This document shows, one piece after another, positions 49,632 through 60,991 of a stretch of 64,000 nucleotides of DNA. The stretch is from an uncultured bacterium (GTDB taxonomy: Bacteria > Babelota > Babeliae > Babelales > Babelaceae): positions 96,001 through 160,000 of the forward strand of contig CAWGPQ010000011.1 in the NCBI GenBank assembly GCA_963824495.1, given 5' to 3'. The position numbers and the translations under genes were made by a program. Under the pieces are notes generated by a model. That model made no database searches. It was not told where the DNA came from and was given only the letters and a program-made list of their open reading frames with translations. Position 1 is the first letter of the stretch; each line of letters opens with the position of its first letter.

Positions 49632-49760
49632 TCAATACCAACTGCATACGAATATAATGCACTTTCTGCTGAAATCACCGCTCTTATTGCTCGTTTTGCT
49701 ATCGCTCCCGGCAAAAGAATACAAGCAAGATCAAACACTAACCCTAATTCCAACTCTTAA
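49632..49760 (+). pseudogene. Orphan C-terminal remnant of an ankyrin-family gene
   Basis: Translates ...LSAEITALIARFAIAPGKRIQARSNTNPNSNS*, matching LPLEIAALIANFAVDPRLFAYARSNPNSNS* of 29052. Confidence 0.75.
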
Positions 49761-49799
49761 CCTCTTATTACTGCGACTATTAGCGCGTTAATACACCTA

Positions 49800-52700
49800 T
49801 TATCTATAAACAAGATAGAGCAGGCCAAAACTTGGATTACTGATACGCTGTGGTCTGCCTGACGTATCAAGTACTGGTCTTGTAGTACCAGTTTTTGGAT
49901 CGGTTACAATTTGAAATCCTGGAGCCTGTACATGCTTGGCACTCAAAAGCTCAAGTAACTGGCTCGCCAGTAATGCATTACCTGTAGGGTTGCCCTGATT
50001 ATCAAAGAGCACACCGTGCTCAATATCAATAAAACTTACTGGTGCAGGTCTATAATACGATGCAGTGGCATCAGCTGATGAAAGCTGGTATGCGTAACGA
50101 TCAGTCGACCTGTCATACCTGAATGATGGCAAAATTTGCTTAAGTATATCTTGTTGCTGAGGTGGGGCATTAACAATACCCTGAATAACTTGAGCATTAC
50201 TATTAAACGGAGCAACCAATCGTGCTGTACCCTGTGCATCAATCACTGAATAAAGCTGAAGCTCTGCTTGTAAATTCATAAGATCTTGAGGACTCATAAT
50301 TTTCGAGCGATACTCAAAAAAGTAGGTAGCTTGATTATCTTGGATGGTCAAATAGCGAGCACCTGTACCAAGATCAAGTATATTGTCACGTACAATTATT
50401 GTATAGGTAATAGTACTATCAAGCGGATCTTGTGCTGTCATAGTATAGGTAGTTTCCTGTTTAGCGTCACCCCGCGGTGCAGAACCCCGAGGAGTAAATA
50501 GCACTTCTTCTATAGGTCCCGTTACAGCCTGTTTTCTATAGAGCATCTGTTGTATATGTCCTTGAGAATCACGAATAATTAATGCGGGATGATTGTCTTC
50601 TTGAACAAATTGAGTCGTTAAACCATCATAAGCTGCCCCAAGCTTACCGGTACGCATATAATGAGCTACTTCAAAAAATGATTGAGGTGTCGCCGGTGTA
50701 TAGGTACCCAACGATGTAGTAAATGGTATCGCATTTGTCGATGGATCGGCTGGACCTGATTGGGCGCTTATAGAATAAGTCATGATACTATCATGTGGTA
50801 GATCCTGCACTAAAATCGCGTCCTCCGGCCATCCACTTTGTAGAATAACTGCAGGATTATTATTAACTGTTTGTGTTGAAGCAAATATATAATCATGATA
50901 GGCTCCCGTATTTGATAAAGCTTCCACACGAAGATTATTATTTAAATCCGGAAAAGCAAAAAGTGTATCGCCAGCTGTTCCCATGAGCACAGGATGTAGC
51001 TGCCGATAGGGAGTGCCATCAAGATTGAAATAATAACCAGTAGCAAGATCCAGATAATACGGTGCACCTGAACGAGGTCTCACTTGGACAAAATATGACC
51101 GTATGTGTTCATCGGTATTGAAGTAGAATGTGTAGGTTGACCCAGCATATGTTTTAGGGCTTATGCCTGGCGCAGAAATCATAAGTGAGCTTTTACCGGT
51201 AGGTCCATCAACTAAAGGCAGCGCAGGGCTTGAATTTGGCACACCAAGCTGTTCAGCACCTGTTTGTGGATTAAGCGTAATGCCCCGGTACTTGCGCATC
51301 ATATCAAGCACCCAATTGGTATAGGTACGTAATGGTGCTCTATTTGTTGCATCGTAAAGTACACCCGTCGCGGGATTAGCAGCATAGTCAAAAATACTTG
51401 CTAATGGTTGATCTGGGCATGAGGCTGGCGTTTGAGGTGTTGGTGACTGCTCAGAAGCAAAAACCACACCATATACTTTGCCTCCACCAGGCATTTTAAG
51501 ATGATTATAGGGTATCGGTAAACAATCAGCTGCAAGAAGATTAGCAGTAATTTCACTTGATAGCGGTACCGGCTCAGCAGCTTGAGCTGCTTTAACCGCC
51601 TGTTGTTCTTGCAGATATTCTTCATATGCTGGCTTTATAGCATTACTTATAGCAGTTCTTAAATCAGGTCGAATCGTTCCCCCCGCTGCTTGAATCTGCT
51701 TAAGAATGGTATCTGTAGCACTACCAGGTACGGCAGAAACAAGAGGTCCCACAAAACCGGTACGGTTATATACACCCCCTGTAACAAGACTAATAAGAGC
51801 ATTAGAACCGCCATCAAGCGGCCGCCCAATCTTCGTTGGCGTGCCATTACTTAGTATCGCAGAAACAAAGAAGTCTCTGGCTTGAGCAAGGAGCTGTTGC
51901 GATGATAGCGATAACGGATTGAGTATGGTACTTACATCTTGATAAATATAGGTACTCGTATCTGCATCTTGAGGATCAAGAAGCAAAGCAAACCTATAGA
52001 AATACTCAAGTTCTTTGCTTGGCTGATAAAGCTTCTGCGACGCGATAATAGCTTTTTGCAATAGTGCCGGATATGATGCAATTAATGCGCTTGTATTTTT
52101 AGCTTTTATCACAACACCCTGGGCATTCTGAAGGGATACAATACTACCATCTGCCTGACGTTGGTATTTAACACCAGTCGTCAAGCTTATTAAGAATGGC
52201 TGGGGATTAAATGGATCAAATTGCTCGCCTCTACCTGGATCCGTAGTAGTCATATCTTGGCTTGAGACTATAAAATATTGGCCAGGATAATTTGGTGATG
52301 TATAAACATATGCCCCGCTTCTCATATCATTAACGCTTGTTCCACTAATAATAACATTCTCAAGTAGCTGTGCCGTAAAATTAAACGGCCCCATCGCTTC
52401 ATAAGCAAGCCATGCATCTTGCGTGCTCATGCGATAGGTATACCACGCATCATGTGCACTGGTAATACGAGATATAAGCTCAGACCCTGCAGTACCCAAA
52501 GAGGTTAAATAGTGAGAAGTTGTTTGAGTACCCTTAGACCAGAGCTTCCACGGTTGAGCAAGAAGTTCTGGGGGTTAAAGACGAAGAGCTTATCATTTGG
52601 TATTTTGTCCTGATATGCCAATCTCACTGACAAGTTACTGCTCGGCGGTAGTGTAATCTTACCCAATACATTTTGAATATTATTAAAATTACCAATAGCA

Positions 52701-55700
52701 ACAGCATCGTTATTAAGAGCAGCACTGAGAGTTGTTCCTAAGTTAGCCCATGCTTGAGGATTTTTATTTAACGCTATAATAATGGCAGGTGTTGGCGCAT
52801 CAGCATTAATACCTGTATTCTGAGCCAGTGCAGCGGCAAGCACTTGAACACATCCTTGGGCTATTTGCTGAAGATTTTTACCAATAAGCTGTTGATCCGT
52901 CACTCCAGCATTGGCGAGCCCCTGGCCAAGCCAATAAGCGACAGCTGCAGCAAATGCTCGCGGCAACGCTCCTCCTGCACCGCGGAGTGAAGCAAAACTT
53001 GTGGTTGGGCCGGTATTAATACTGGTTTCAATCTCTTGCTCTAAAAATATAAGTGCCGGCGGTTGTCCGTTGAAAGGGTTGAACTCCCATTCCATAGTAT
53101 ACGTACCTAGGCGTGTCTGACGAGGTGTTGGTGTTATAACAGCACCTTGGCTCTGCTTCCAAAAACTGCTTTGAGCCCAAGCACTTACCGAAGTAGTAGA
53201 TAAAGGATATGCCATAAGGGTGTTTTGGTTAGGAGGGTATGGGTCAATTACTTGAACCAGCTGGAAGCTTACAGGATCTGTTGCGAGCGTTAAATCTTTA
53301 GTATAGATACGTGATGAAACCAAGCTTGCAAAAAATTTAACCAACCCCGGTGCTGGTAATTGCACAGGATTTTGGTTATTATCAAGCGGCACAAGATAAT
53401 CAACATATGCTCCTTTTGCAGAGCCTTCAAGGGTACCATCATCACCATTAACGTCAGTTTTGCAGCTATACATAAACAGGTCCTGTATTCCCGCAAGCTC
53501 AGGCAGAACTGTTAAAACATACGTACCTATATGAAACGGTCCTTGTGCCTGCCGTTGTATCATAAAGTTTTTAACTGCTGTTATTTGGTTAAGAAGAGGC
53601 GCAGCAATAGGAGGAAAAACAACTGATTTAATAAGAGCGTCAGCTGTACCAGCTGGAACAGTGGTGCTCGTGTTTCCTGTTGAAACTTCGGTAAATGTTC
53701 CATCAAGTAAACTAAAGAGATAAGCAACCTCGTTATTAATACCATAATGAGGTATGTGTGTTGTTTCCTGACCATTATCAGGATCACTATGGGGAACAAG
53801 TGCCGGTATATAGCTATAATATCTATCGACACCAACAACATAATCGTAGGCAAGATCGCGTGCAGCTCCTGTCAGTGACGCTCGTACATTACGAGCAAGA
53901 GCAGTGCTTGGCGTTTGATAAATAAATAGATTATAAGCACCATACACAAGATCTGGAGCTGAAGCCTGAGCCGCACCTGCTTGACCCATTAGTGTTTGAA
54001 GCTCACTATTCGTTAAGCCCTTAATACCCTGAACTTGTATGCCGGATGCAAACGTGTGTGGATTTGTTAAAGCACTGAGAGCCCTGGCAAATAGGTGAGG
54101 TGGTTTATTCAAATCAAGCGGATCAGGAGGCATAAGCTGAGCAGCTATTGTGCCACTGCCAGGAGCCCTCTGTACCTCAGGTTGGCCACCATTGGCAAAC
54201 ATATCATAGCTTTCCATTAAGGGAGTGCCAGATTGAACTTTGCCTGCCATCGATTGTAAAAACTGAATAACCGTTATAGTCCGTGGGTCTTGACCGGGGA
54301 CACTTCCAAGCAATTGCCGTGCTGGAGCGGCAGTATTAATAGGAGCACCATCACTGTAAAACTCAAAGCCACTATTAAGATGAAGCATTTGCCCGGCGGC
54401 ATTAAGAGTAATTGGATACTGGGCAAGTCCCATTTCACCACTTGTGATAAAATAATCAGCTGTTGCATATTGAGCTTGAGCAAACTCACGTACGCGCTCA
54501 CCCTGCCGCATACGACGAGCCTCGTCTGGCGTCACATTATCTAGAGCAACATATAAAAATATGCTACTATTTGGATTATTGGCATTAATCAATTCTTTTG
54601 GTATCTGCATCCAGCAATTGCCAATATACTGCGGCGCTGCAATGGTAGTATAAAGTGCCTGTCTCTGCTCTCGCGAGTTAATACCTGATTGTAAAAAACT
54701 CGGAACCATAAATATAGCAGCACCCAATAACGACTCGGCTATGCCGATAAGCCTACCTTTGGTCCATTGCAAAATACCTTGAAGCCGTTCAGCAGCGGAA
54801 ATACCCTTAGCCGGGAATATATCCGCTGCTTTGTCTATAGCAGCTTCAGAAAATTTAAGCTGATTCTCTGCTATTTTTACCCTCTCCTGAAGAGCTCTTG
54901 CTTTGTAATTGGGACTTGTCTTCAATTCCTCTTTTGCGTCCGCTAATTCCTTAAGTGCTGCATTATATTGATCAGTAAGACGCTGCTTTGTGATTGCTTG
55001 TTGATGCCCTTCTGGAACTTCACTTAAGGCTTTCTCATATGCTTCCTGTGCAGTTTTACTTGCAGCTTCTGCTGCTTCGATAGCACTGGCGTCTTCACTC
55101 AAACGAGCAGCATTAAGCAAAGTATCAGCTCGTGTAAGACCATACCCTGCAGCCAGAGCAGCTTTATCTGCAGGAGTGCTTAACTCTATTGCTGGAGCTG
55201 ATGGTCCGCCGGGAACAACCACAGTTCCAGATAGCTTTTGAAGATTTTCAAAAGCCTGCAAATCAGCAGTAGCAAATGAAAAACTTGGCGCCTTTCGTAA
55301 ATTATCAATAAAAAATGATGCACCCTCTTCGTGCAACCTTTTAGCAATTATATCTTTTACTTGGCTTGCAATTTGGTCGACAGGTATACCTTCGTCAAAT
55401 AATTTTCCTATATCTCTTCCAACCTCCACCATAGCGGTGTTATAATGTCGAGTGCCAATCTCCCTTCTAGTCTGTTCAAGAGCACTTGCAATTGTTTCTT
55501 CAGAAAGCCCTTGCCTCATTGCATCTTCCATAGTTTGAGTAATAACCGGAGCTGCAATATTACTTTCAAGTCCAAGCTTCATGCCAGTAGTAAAGGCACT
55601 AGCGGCACTTTCATTAAAAGCTCCGGCAAGAGCTTCCGCACCAATCTCACCACCATATACCTGTGGCATAACGATAGTTGAAGCCATACCAATCATAAAA

Positions 55701-55741
55701 AAGATTTTAAGCAGATAACGTGAGCTTAAAGACAATCGCAT
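49800..55741 (-). CDS. Giant secreted/membrane protein (~1,990 aa) split by a -1 frameshift in the G5 run at 52570-52574
   Basis: ORFs 52505..55765 and 49800..52499 join if one C is restored (FNP-PELLAQPWKLWSKG...SLGTAG); signal peptide; recurring hhSL.xG.hY motif. Confidence 0.75.
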
Positions 55742-55967
55742 TATAATATCCCTTCTAGCGAACAAATTATTTTGAATTTTAATATAAATTCTATTTATAA
55801 ATTATTATAGTCTATCGGAGAGTCAGAATACAAGACTAAGCGATGGCACCGTTGCTATATTGTAAAATTATGAGGCTAATTGGACTAAAAATACCTACAA
55901 CTGGGCACCTTTTTGGGTTCACCTTGATCTTAGATCTTCTTATTGATAGTATGGCAACGTTTGTTAC

Positions 55968-58900
55968 TTGAATCTTATGGAGAATAATATTGTGATCAAT
56001 TATAGTATTTCATTAATGTGCTTAGTTCTTGCTAGTATCTTGTTCGAAAATTTGAAAATATGCGCCATGAACCCTGCTGCTTTACATGCCGCCCATGGAG
56101 CACATTGGTTCCTTCAACAACAGAAAAAGCGCGAAAGAAATGAAAACTTATTAAAAGCCGCTGAAAAAGGTGACGTTGCATGGGTAACCTCTTTAGTAAA
56201 CGACGGTGCCGATATTAATCACGCTGACTATAAAAACAATAGCCCTCTTTTACTTGCTGCAAAATATGGGCATCAAGCTGTCGTTGCAGCACTGCTCTCT
56301 ACTAAAAAAATTAAAAACGTTGATCATACTGATCAAAATGGCTACACAGCCCTTATATGGGGAGCGGAAGTTGGTAATGCAGACATAGCTAAGTTACTCG
56401 TAGCTCATGGAGCTAATGCCAATAAGCTTTATAAAAATGGCAGCACGACTCCTGTTAGTCTGGCACTTGAAAAAAACAATGATGCTTTGTTTGAAGCTCT
56501 TACCGGCAGAAAACCTCCCGCCGCTTCTGTTCCAAAAAAAACACCTAAACCAACTTCTCAACCAGTTCCAATTCCCCAACAAAACAAGGACCCAAAGTTA
56601 CAGCTACTTGAAGGCGCAGCAAGTAATGACAGGGTGCTCGTAAGATCGTTATTGCAACAGGGTATTGATAGTAATTGTGTTGACAGTGAAGGCAATACTG
56701 CACTTATACTTGCGGCAAAGAATCGCCATAAAGATATGGTTGCACTATTGCTTTTGCATAAAGGTACCACTGTTGATCAGGCTAATACGAACTTCGGAGA
56801 TACCGCCCTTTCATGGGCTGCATTTCGAGGTGATACCGATATCGTTAACTTACTTATAAGCCATGGAGCTGACGTAAATAAGGCGGGAAAACAGGATATT
56901 ACTCCTCTTTCATTGGCAGCAAGAACAGGTCATGTAGCAGTCGTTAGGCTATTGCTGCAGCATCATGCTCACGTAAATGATGCAGATGATAGGGGCAATA
57001 CTCCCTTTTCATTAGCTATTGCAAGCGGCGAGGCTGATGTGGTTGAGTTACTTATACGCCATGGGGCTGACGTACATAAGGCTGGTAAAGACGGCCTGAC
57101 ACCTCTTGCATTAGCAGTAAGAAAAGGCAGTAGAGAGATAATTAAACTTCTTGCAGAGCACGGAGCCGATGTTAATTGTGCCTATAATGGCATAACTCCC
57201 TTAAGAGTTATAGTTGACAAAGCGAGCGAAGAGTTGACCCAAAAAATAGCACAGGATTACATAAGTAAACATGGCAAGACGCTTATTGCTACTACAGTTT
57301 TTGGTAAGGATGCACGGGTACTTTTGAGCACTCCTTTCATACTCAATAAGCACATACCTGCTGACGTACTGGCTAAGCTGAGATCAGAAGTTTTAAAGAA
57401 ACATGAAGAGCTCATCAAGCTTTTGCTCAAGTATGGAGCAGATAGTAATTACGTTGCACCAGACATGTATACTCCACTCACGCTTGCCACCGGTGAGGGA
57501 TGGCTGGAAATCGTGAAGCTATTTTTGGAACACGGTGCTCATGCGATAGCTGTGAAAAAAGGCTTAGGCGATGCTCTTTTTTGGGCAGTGACTGATGGTC
57601 ATGAAGACATAGCGCTAGAGCTTTTGCACTATGGTGCTCCTATAAACCCAAATGTAGAAGAAAAATTAAGGGGCATGCTTGAAAATAAGAAATATTCTGA
57701 TCTTGCCCTATCAGTATTATTTGGGCAGAGCAAGCGAGTTAGTGCGTTGCTACGACAGATGCCTCCGGCAGTGCTAGAAGAACATAGAATGAGGCAATGC
57801 GGTAAAGCACCATCTTTATGGCAAAAAGCACGCTCAGCTTTTAATAATTACCCTGATATTAATACACGAGATGAATTCGGTATGACAGTTCTTCATGTTG
57901 CTGCTCTACGAGGGGATATAGATCTTATAAAGAAATTGCTTGATTTTGGTGCTGATTGGCGATTGCATACTGGTGACGGTATGACCGCCCATGATATCGT
58001 CAAAAAAAGTAAAGATAAAGCTTTCGCCCAAGGCAATGTGGTACGAGCTGGAGTTTTTGAACGAATCATGAATTATATCAATTATTATGGAACTAATATT
58101 CAAAATATTGTTAAAGCAAAAACAGCTTATGAAAAATTATCGGTACAAGAAAAAGCTGAACTTAGTAATAAATTTTTACAAGTAGTCCAAGCTGGCAATG
58201 CTCAAGGTGTGCTTGATATAGTGCAGCAAGGCGTTGATAGTAATCAAGTTAATGATCAAGGTGAAACACCGCTTATGCTCGCTGCTGCAGCTGGCAATAA
58301 AGACGTCATGCACATGTTGTTGAATCATGGGGCAGATATTAATCAGCAAGACAGTATGGGTAATACTGCACTCATGCGTGTTATTGGTCAGAAGAGTTTT
58401 GAAATTGCTCACATGCTTATCGAACATTCAGCAGATAGTAGTGTAACCAATAATGAAGGCCAGACTGCTTTAACACAAGCGTTATGCACTGGCAACCAAG
58501 ATCTGCTTGAGCTTCTCGTAAAAAATGGAGCTGTTCTTGATCCTGTACAATCTGTACAAGCTATACAAGCCGATAAATATCCAATTGATACTATAATTTT
58601 TTTATTGAGAAACGGTGTATCGGTCACGCCCGAGCTCCGTGCAGAAATAACGAAACGCTTAGAAGAAAAAGGCATGTCTCAGCTGAGTCTTGCTATTACT
58701 TCCGAAGATTACAGTAAACTTGAGTCTTTGCTATGCAGCATACCGCAGCCAGTAGTTACTTTAAATCTAGCACGCCAGCATGCAGCAGAAGAGGCACTAC
58801 AGTCCATGATGCAGGAATTTCAACAGGCCGTAAGCTCGTTGCAGGAGCCTTATATTGATATTAACCAGCAGGGAGCTGATGATGGCACAACGGCACTCCA

Positions 58901-59144
58901 TTGGGCTGCGGCTCAGGGTAACATCAAAGCTGTACAAGCACTTCTTAAGCACGGTGCTCATCAAACACTACGTGATCGATGTGGATTATTACCTCTTGAA
59001 ATTGCCCAGCGCAATATGGTTACCGCTCGCACTTCAGGTAATGCGCAGACTATCGCTCGGCTTCAAGCTGTCATTCAGGCTCTTAATAATCATATACAAG
59101 CCGACGTCGCACAAGTACGTCTAGAAGATCTTTCGCTTCTTTAA
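55968..59144 (+). CDS. Large secreted ankyrin-repeat protein (1058 aa)
   Basis: Signal peptide ending ICA; about 20 ankyrin repeats in several blocks. Confidence 0.92.
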   Translation: MNLMENNIVINYSISLMCLVLASILFENLKICAMNPAALHAAHGAHWFLQQQKKRERNENLLKAAEKGDVAWVTSLVNDGADINHADYKNNSPLLLAAKYGHQAVVAALLSTKKIKNVDHTDQNGYTALIWGAEVGNADIAKLLVAHGANANKLYKNGSTTPVSLALEKNNDALFEALTGRKPPAASVPKKTPKPTSQPVPIPQQNKDPKLQLLEGAASNDRVLVRSLLQQGIDSNCVDSEGNTALILAAKNRHKDMVALLLLHKGTTVDQANTNFGDTALSWAAFRGDTDIVNLLISHGADVNKAGKQDITPLSLAARTGHVAVVRLLLQHHAHVNDADDRGNTPFSLAIASGEADVVELLIRHGADVHKAGKDGLTPLALAVRKGSREIIKLLAEHGADVNCAYNGITPLRVIVDKASEELTQKIAQDYISKHGKTLIATTVFGKDARVLLSTPFILNKHIPADVLAKLRSEVLKKHEELIKLLLKYGADSNYVAPDMYTPLTLATGEGWLEIVKLFLEHGAHAIAVKKGLGDALFWAVTDGHEDIALELLHYGAPINPNVEEKLRGMLENKKYSDLALSVLFGQSKRVSALLRQMPPAVLEEHRMRQCGKAPSLWQKARSAFNNYPDINTRDEFGMTVLHVAALRGDIDLIKKLLDFGADWRLHTGDGMTAHDIVKKSKDKAFAQGNVVRAGVFERIMNYINYYGTNIQNIVKAKTAYEKLSVQEKAELSNKFLQVVQAGNAQGVLDIVQQGVDSNQVNDQGETPLMLAAAAGNKDVMHMLLNHGADINQQDSMGNTALMRVIGQKSFEIAHMLIEHSADSSVTNNEGQTALTQALCTGNQDLLELLVKNGAVLDPVQSVQAIQADKYPIDTIIFLLRNGVSVTPELRAEITKRLEEKGMSQLSLAITSEDYSKLESLLCSIPQPVVTLNLARQHAAEEALQSMMQEFQQAVSSLQEPYIDINQQGADDGTTALHWAAAQGNIKAVQALLKHGAHQTLRDRCGLLPLEIAQRNMVTARTSGNAQTIARLQAVIQALNNHIQADVAQVRLEDLSLL

Positions 59145-59159
59145 CGATGCAAGTAGGGG

Positions 59160-60260
59160 TTATTTTAAGATAGAGTAAACAGGTAGTTCCGTCTGCTGTG
59201 GTGGATCTTGCGAAATTTTTTGTTGCGGTTTTTTGGCAATAGTACCCGTCAATACTTTATTGATAAACTTGCGCACCCTATAGACATATTTTTCAGGATA
59301 ATAAAAGTATGCCCCAAAGTGATACTCGCCATTGGCAATCCATAAGCGTTTATAGCCTGCAGCAGATTCATAGATCTGGTGTACCGCTTCAACAGGCGAT
59401 TTTTCGTCATGTTTACAGGCAATAAAATAGGCGGGAATCGTTATTCGTTGTGCTGCTTGAACGGTATCAATTGGCATAAGACAGGTATTAATTTGCGTGG
59501 GATCCATTTTGGCAAGGATGCGCAAAGCAAATTTTAAAATTGACTGGACATAGGGATTGTAGGCATAAGACTTAAGAAGCGATAGACCCGGAAGTCCAAA
59601 CTCATACCCAAAAAAATTAACTTTAAGGTTCTCTAAACTACGACCGATAACGCCCTCGGTAGATTCAAAAGGACAGTCCCAGATTGCCGCATGAAATAGT
59701 GAGCTATCTTCAGCTTGAGCTAAAATGGAAGCAACAGCACCCATTGAAAAGCCATACACAATCCGCATGGTATCTTTAAGTTCAGGGTGAGTGCGAATAA
59801 AATCAACCAAACCCATAACGTCATATTTCTCATTTTGACCAAAAGAGCAGCATTGACCTTCGCTCAACTCACCGTGAGCACGAAAATCACCAAGCACAAC
59901 ATTAAAGTTATCGTTAAAGAGAGGATGATAGCTAAATAACGAGTCAGCCAGAAACCTAATATCATGCTTATTGCACATAAAGCCATGAAGCAAGATTATG
60001 GTAGCACGAGCATCAGGCTTTATGAGGGCGAGGCCACGACGCTCAATTTTTTTATCGGAACGCATAGTCTCTCGGGCAAGAAAGGTAAAGCGCTCTTCTC
60101 GCGCTCCTGCGTAATACTTATGGTCTTTTTTTCGCCGGAGCACAGATTGCCCCTCGGAGGCAGTTGAAGACATCTCTGAATAACTCGTTGAAAAAGAGCT
60201 TATAGAGACCACCATAAGCAGCATGCCACAGATCATTTTATAGAGCAGTATAAACTTCAT
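59160..60260 (-). CDS. Secreted alpha/beta hydrolase
   Basis: LLHGF, DFRAHG, GFSMG nucleophile elbow, downstream D and H residues. Confidence 0.85.
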   Translation of the reverse strand: MKFILLYKMICGMLLMVVSISSFSTSYSEMSSTASEGQSVLRRKKDHKYYAGAREERFTFLARETMRSDKKIERRGLALIKPDARATIILLHGFMCNKHDIRFLADSLFSYHPLFNDNFNVVLGDFRAHGELSEGQCCSFGQNEKYDVMGLVDFIRTHPELKDTMRIVYGFSMGAVASILAQAEDSSLFHAAIWDCPFESTEGVIGRSLENLKVNFFGYEFGLPGLSLLKSYAYNPYVQSILKFALRILAKMDPTQINTCLMPIDTVQAAQRITIPAYFIACKHDEKSPVEAVHQIYESAAGYKRLWIANGEYHFGAYFYYPEKYVYRVRKFINKVLTGTIAKKPQQKISQDPPQQTELPVYSILK

Positions 60261-60835
60261 GGTATCACTCCTGTGCTTAAGCTTGCGTCTGCTTTATATT
60301 TTTTTAAGCGCTGCTTATATACCATGCGTAACTCTTGAAGCGTTCTGGTTGGTTGCCCATAGGGTGCTCCTGGCAAACTTGACCAGACTTTATTTACTTT
60401 TGTCAAAGCATGATTGAAATAGCCATTCTTAACATAATCAAGAGCACCATTTTCACGAAGCAATTCAAGCGCACCACGATCCTGATTTTCAGGCGTAAAG
60501 TCACGAGCACCTATCTTTTGAGCAATACGCTTCCATGTACTTTTGAGAAATTGATACCGCCCAGCTGCACTCGAACAGAGAAGCTCTCCATTATTAAGTG
60601 AACATCTAATTCGGCGCGGATGATCTTTAAAACTCGTAAAAAATCCATAATTATACAGTGTTTTATAGCCCTGCTCATTAAGCGTCCCCTCGGCATACGC
60701 AATAGTATCTAAAAATGCTCGTACTTGCGGACAACGCAGGTGCTCAAGTAGATCTTCGCCATATATATCGGTATTTATACCGATACCTATACCGGCACCT
60801 ATAAGTAGTAAGAAAAATATTTTCTTTATATTCAT
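60257..60835 (-). CDS. Lambda R-like lysozyme/lytic transglycosylase (GH104/GH24-like) with signal peptide
   Basis: RAFLDTIAYAEGT, HP, SSAAGRYQFL..TW, DFTPENQD, WSSLPGAPYGQ. Confidence 0.88.
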   Translation of the reverse strand: MNIKKIFFLLLIGAGIGIGINTDIYGEDLLEHLRCPQVRAFLDTIAYAEGTLNEQGYKTLYNYGFFTSFKDHPRRIRCSLNNGELLCSSAAGRYQFLKSTWKRIAQKIGARDFTPENQDRGALELLRENGALDYVKNGYFNHALTKVNKVWSSLPGAPYGQPTRTLQELRMVYKQRLKKYKADASLSTGVIP

Positions 60836-60948
60836 AGCCCTATCCTCTCCCCCTTGAGTGGTTACTATGGCTAGATACTTTTTATCTATAGTTTATTCTT
60901 ACTCTATAATATTTAATTTCAAAATGGAATATATAGCCTTTGAAAGAC

Positions 60949-60978
60949 AAAAAAAGCCCTGGAAATCAGGGCTTTTTT
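60949..60978 (-). terminator. Rho-independent terminator after trxB-trx
   Basis: AAAAAAGCCCTG...CAGGGCTTTTTT. Confidence 0.75.
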
Positions 60979-60991
60979 AATATAAAATTAT

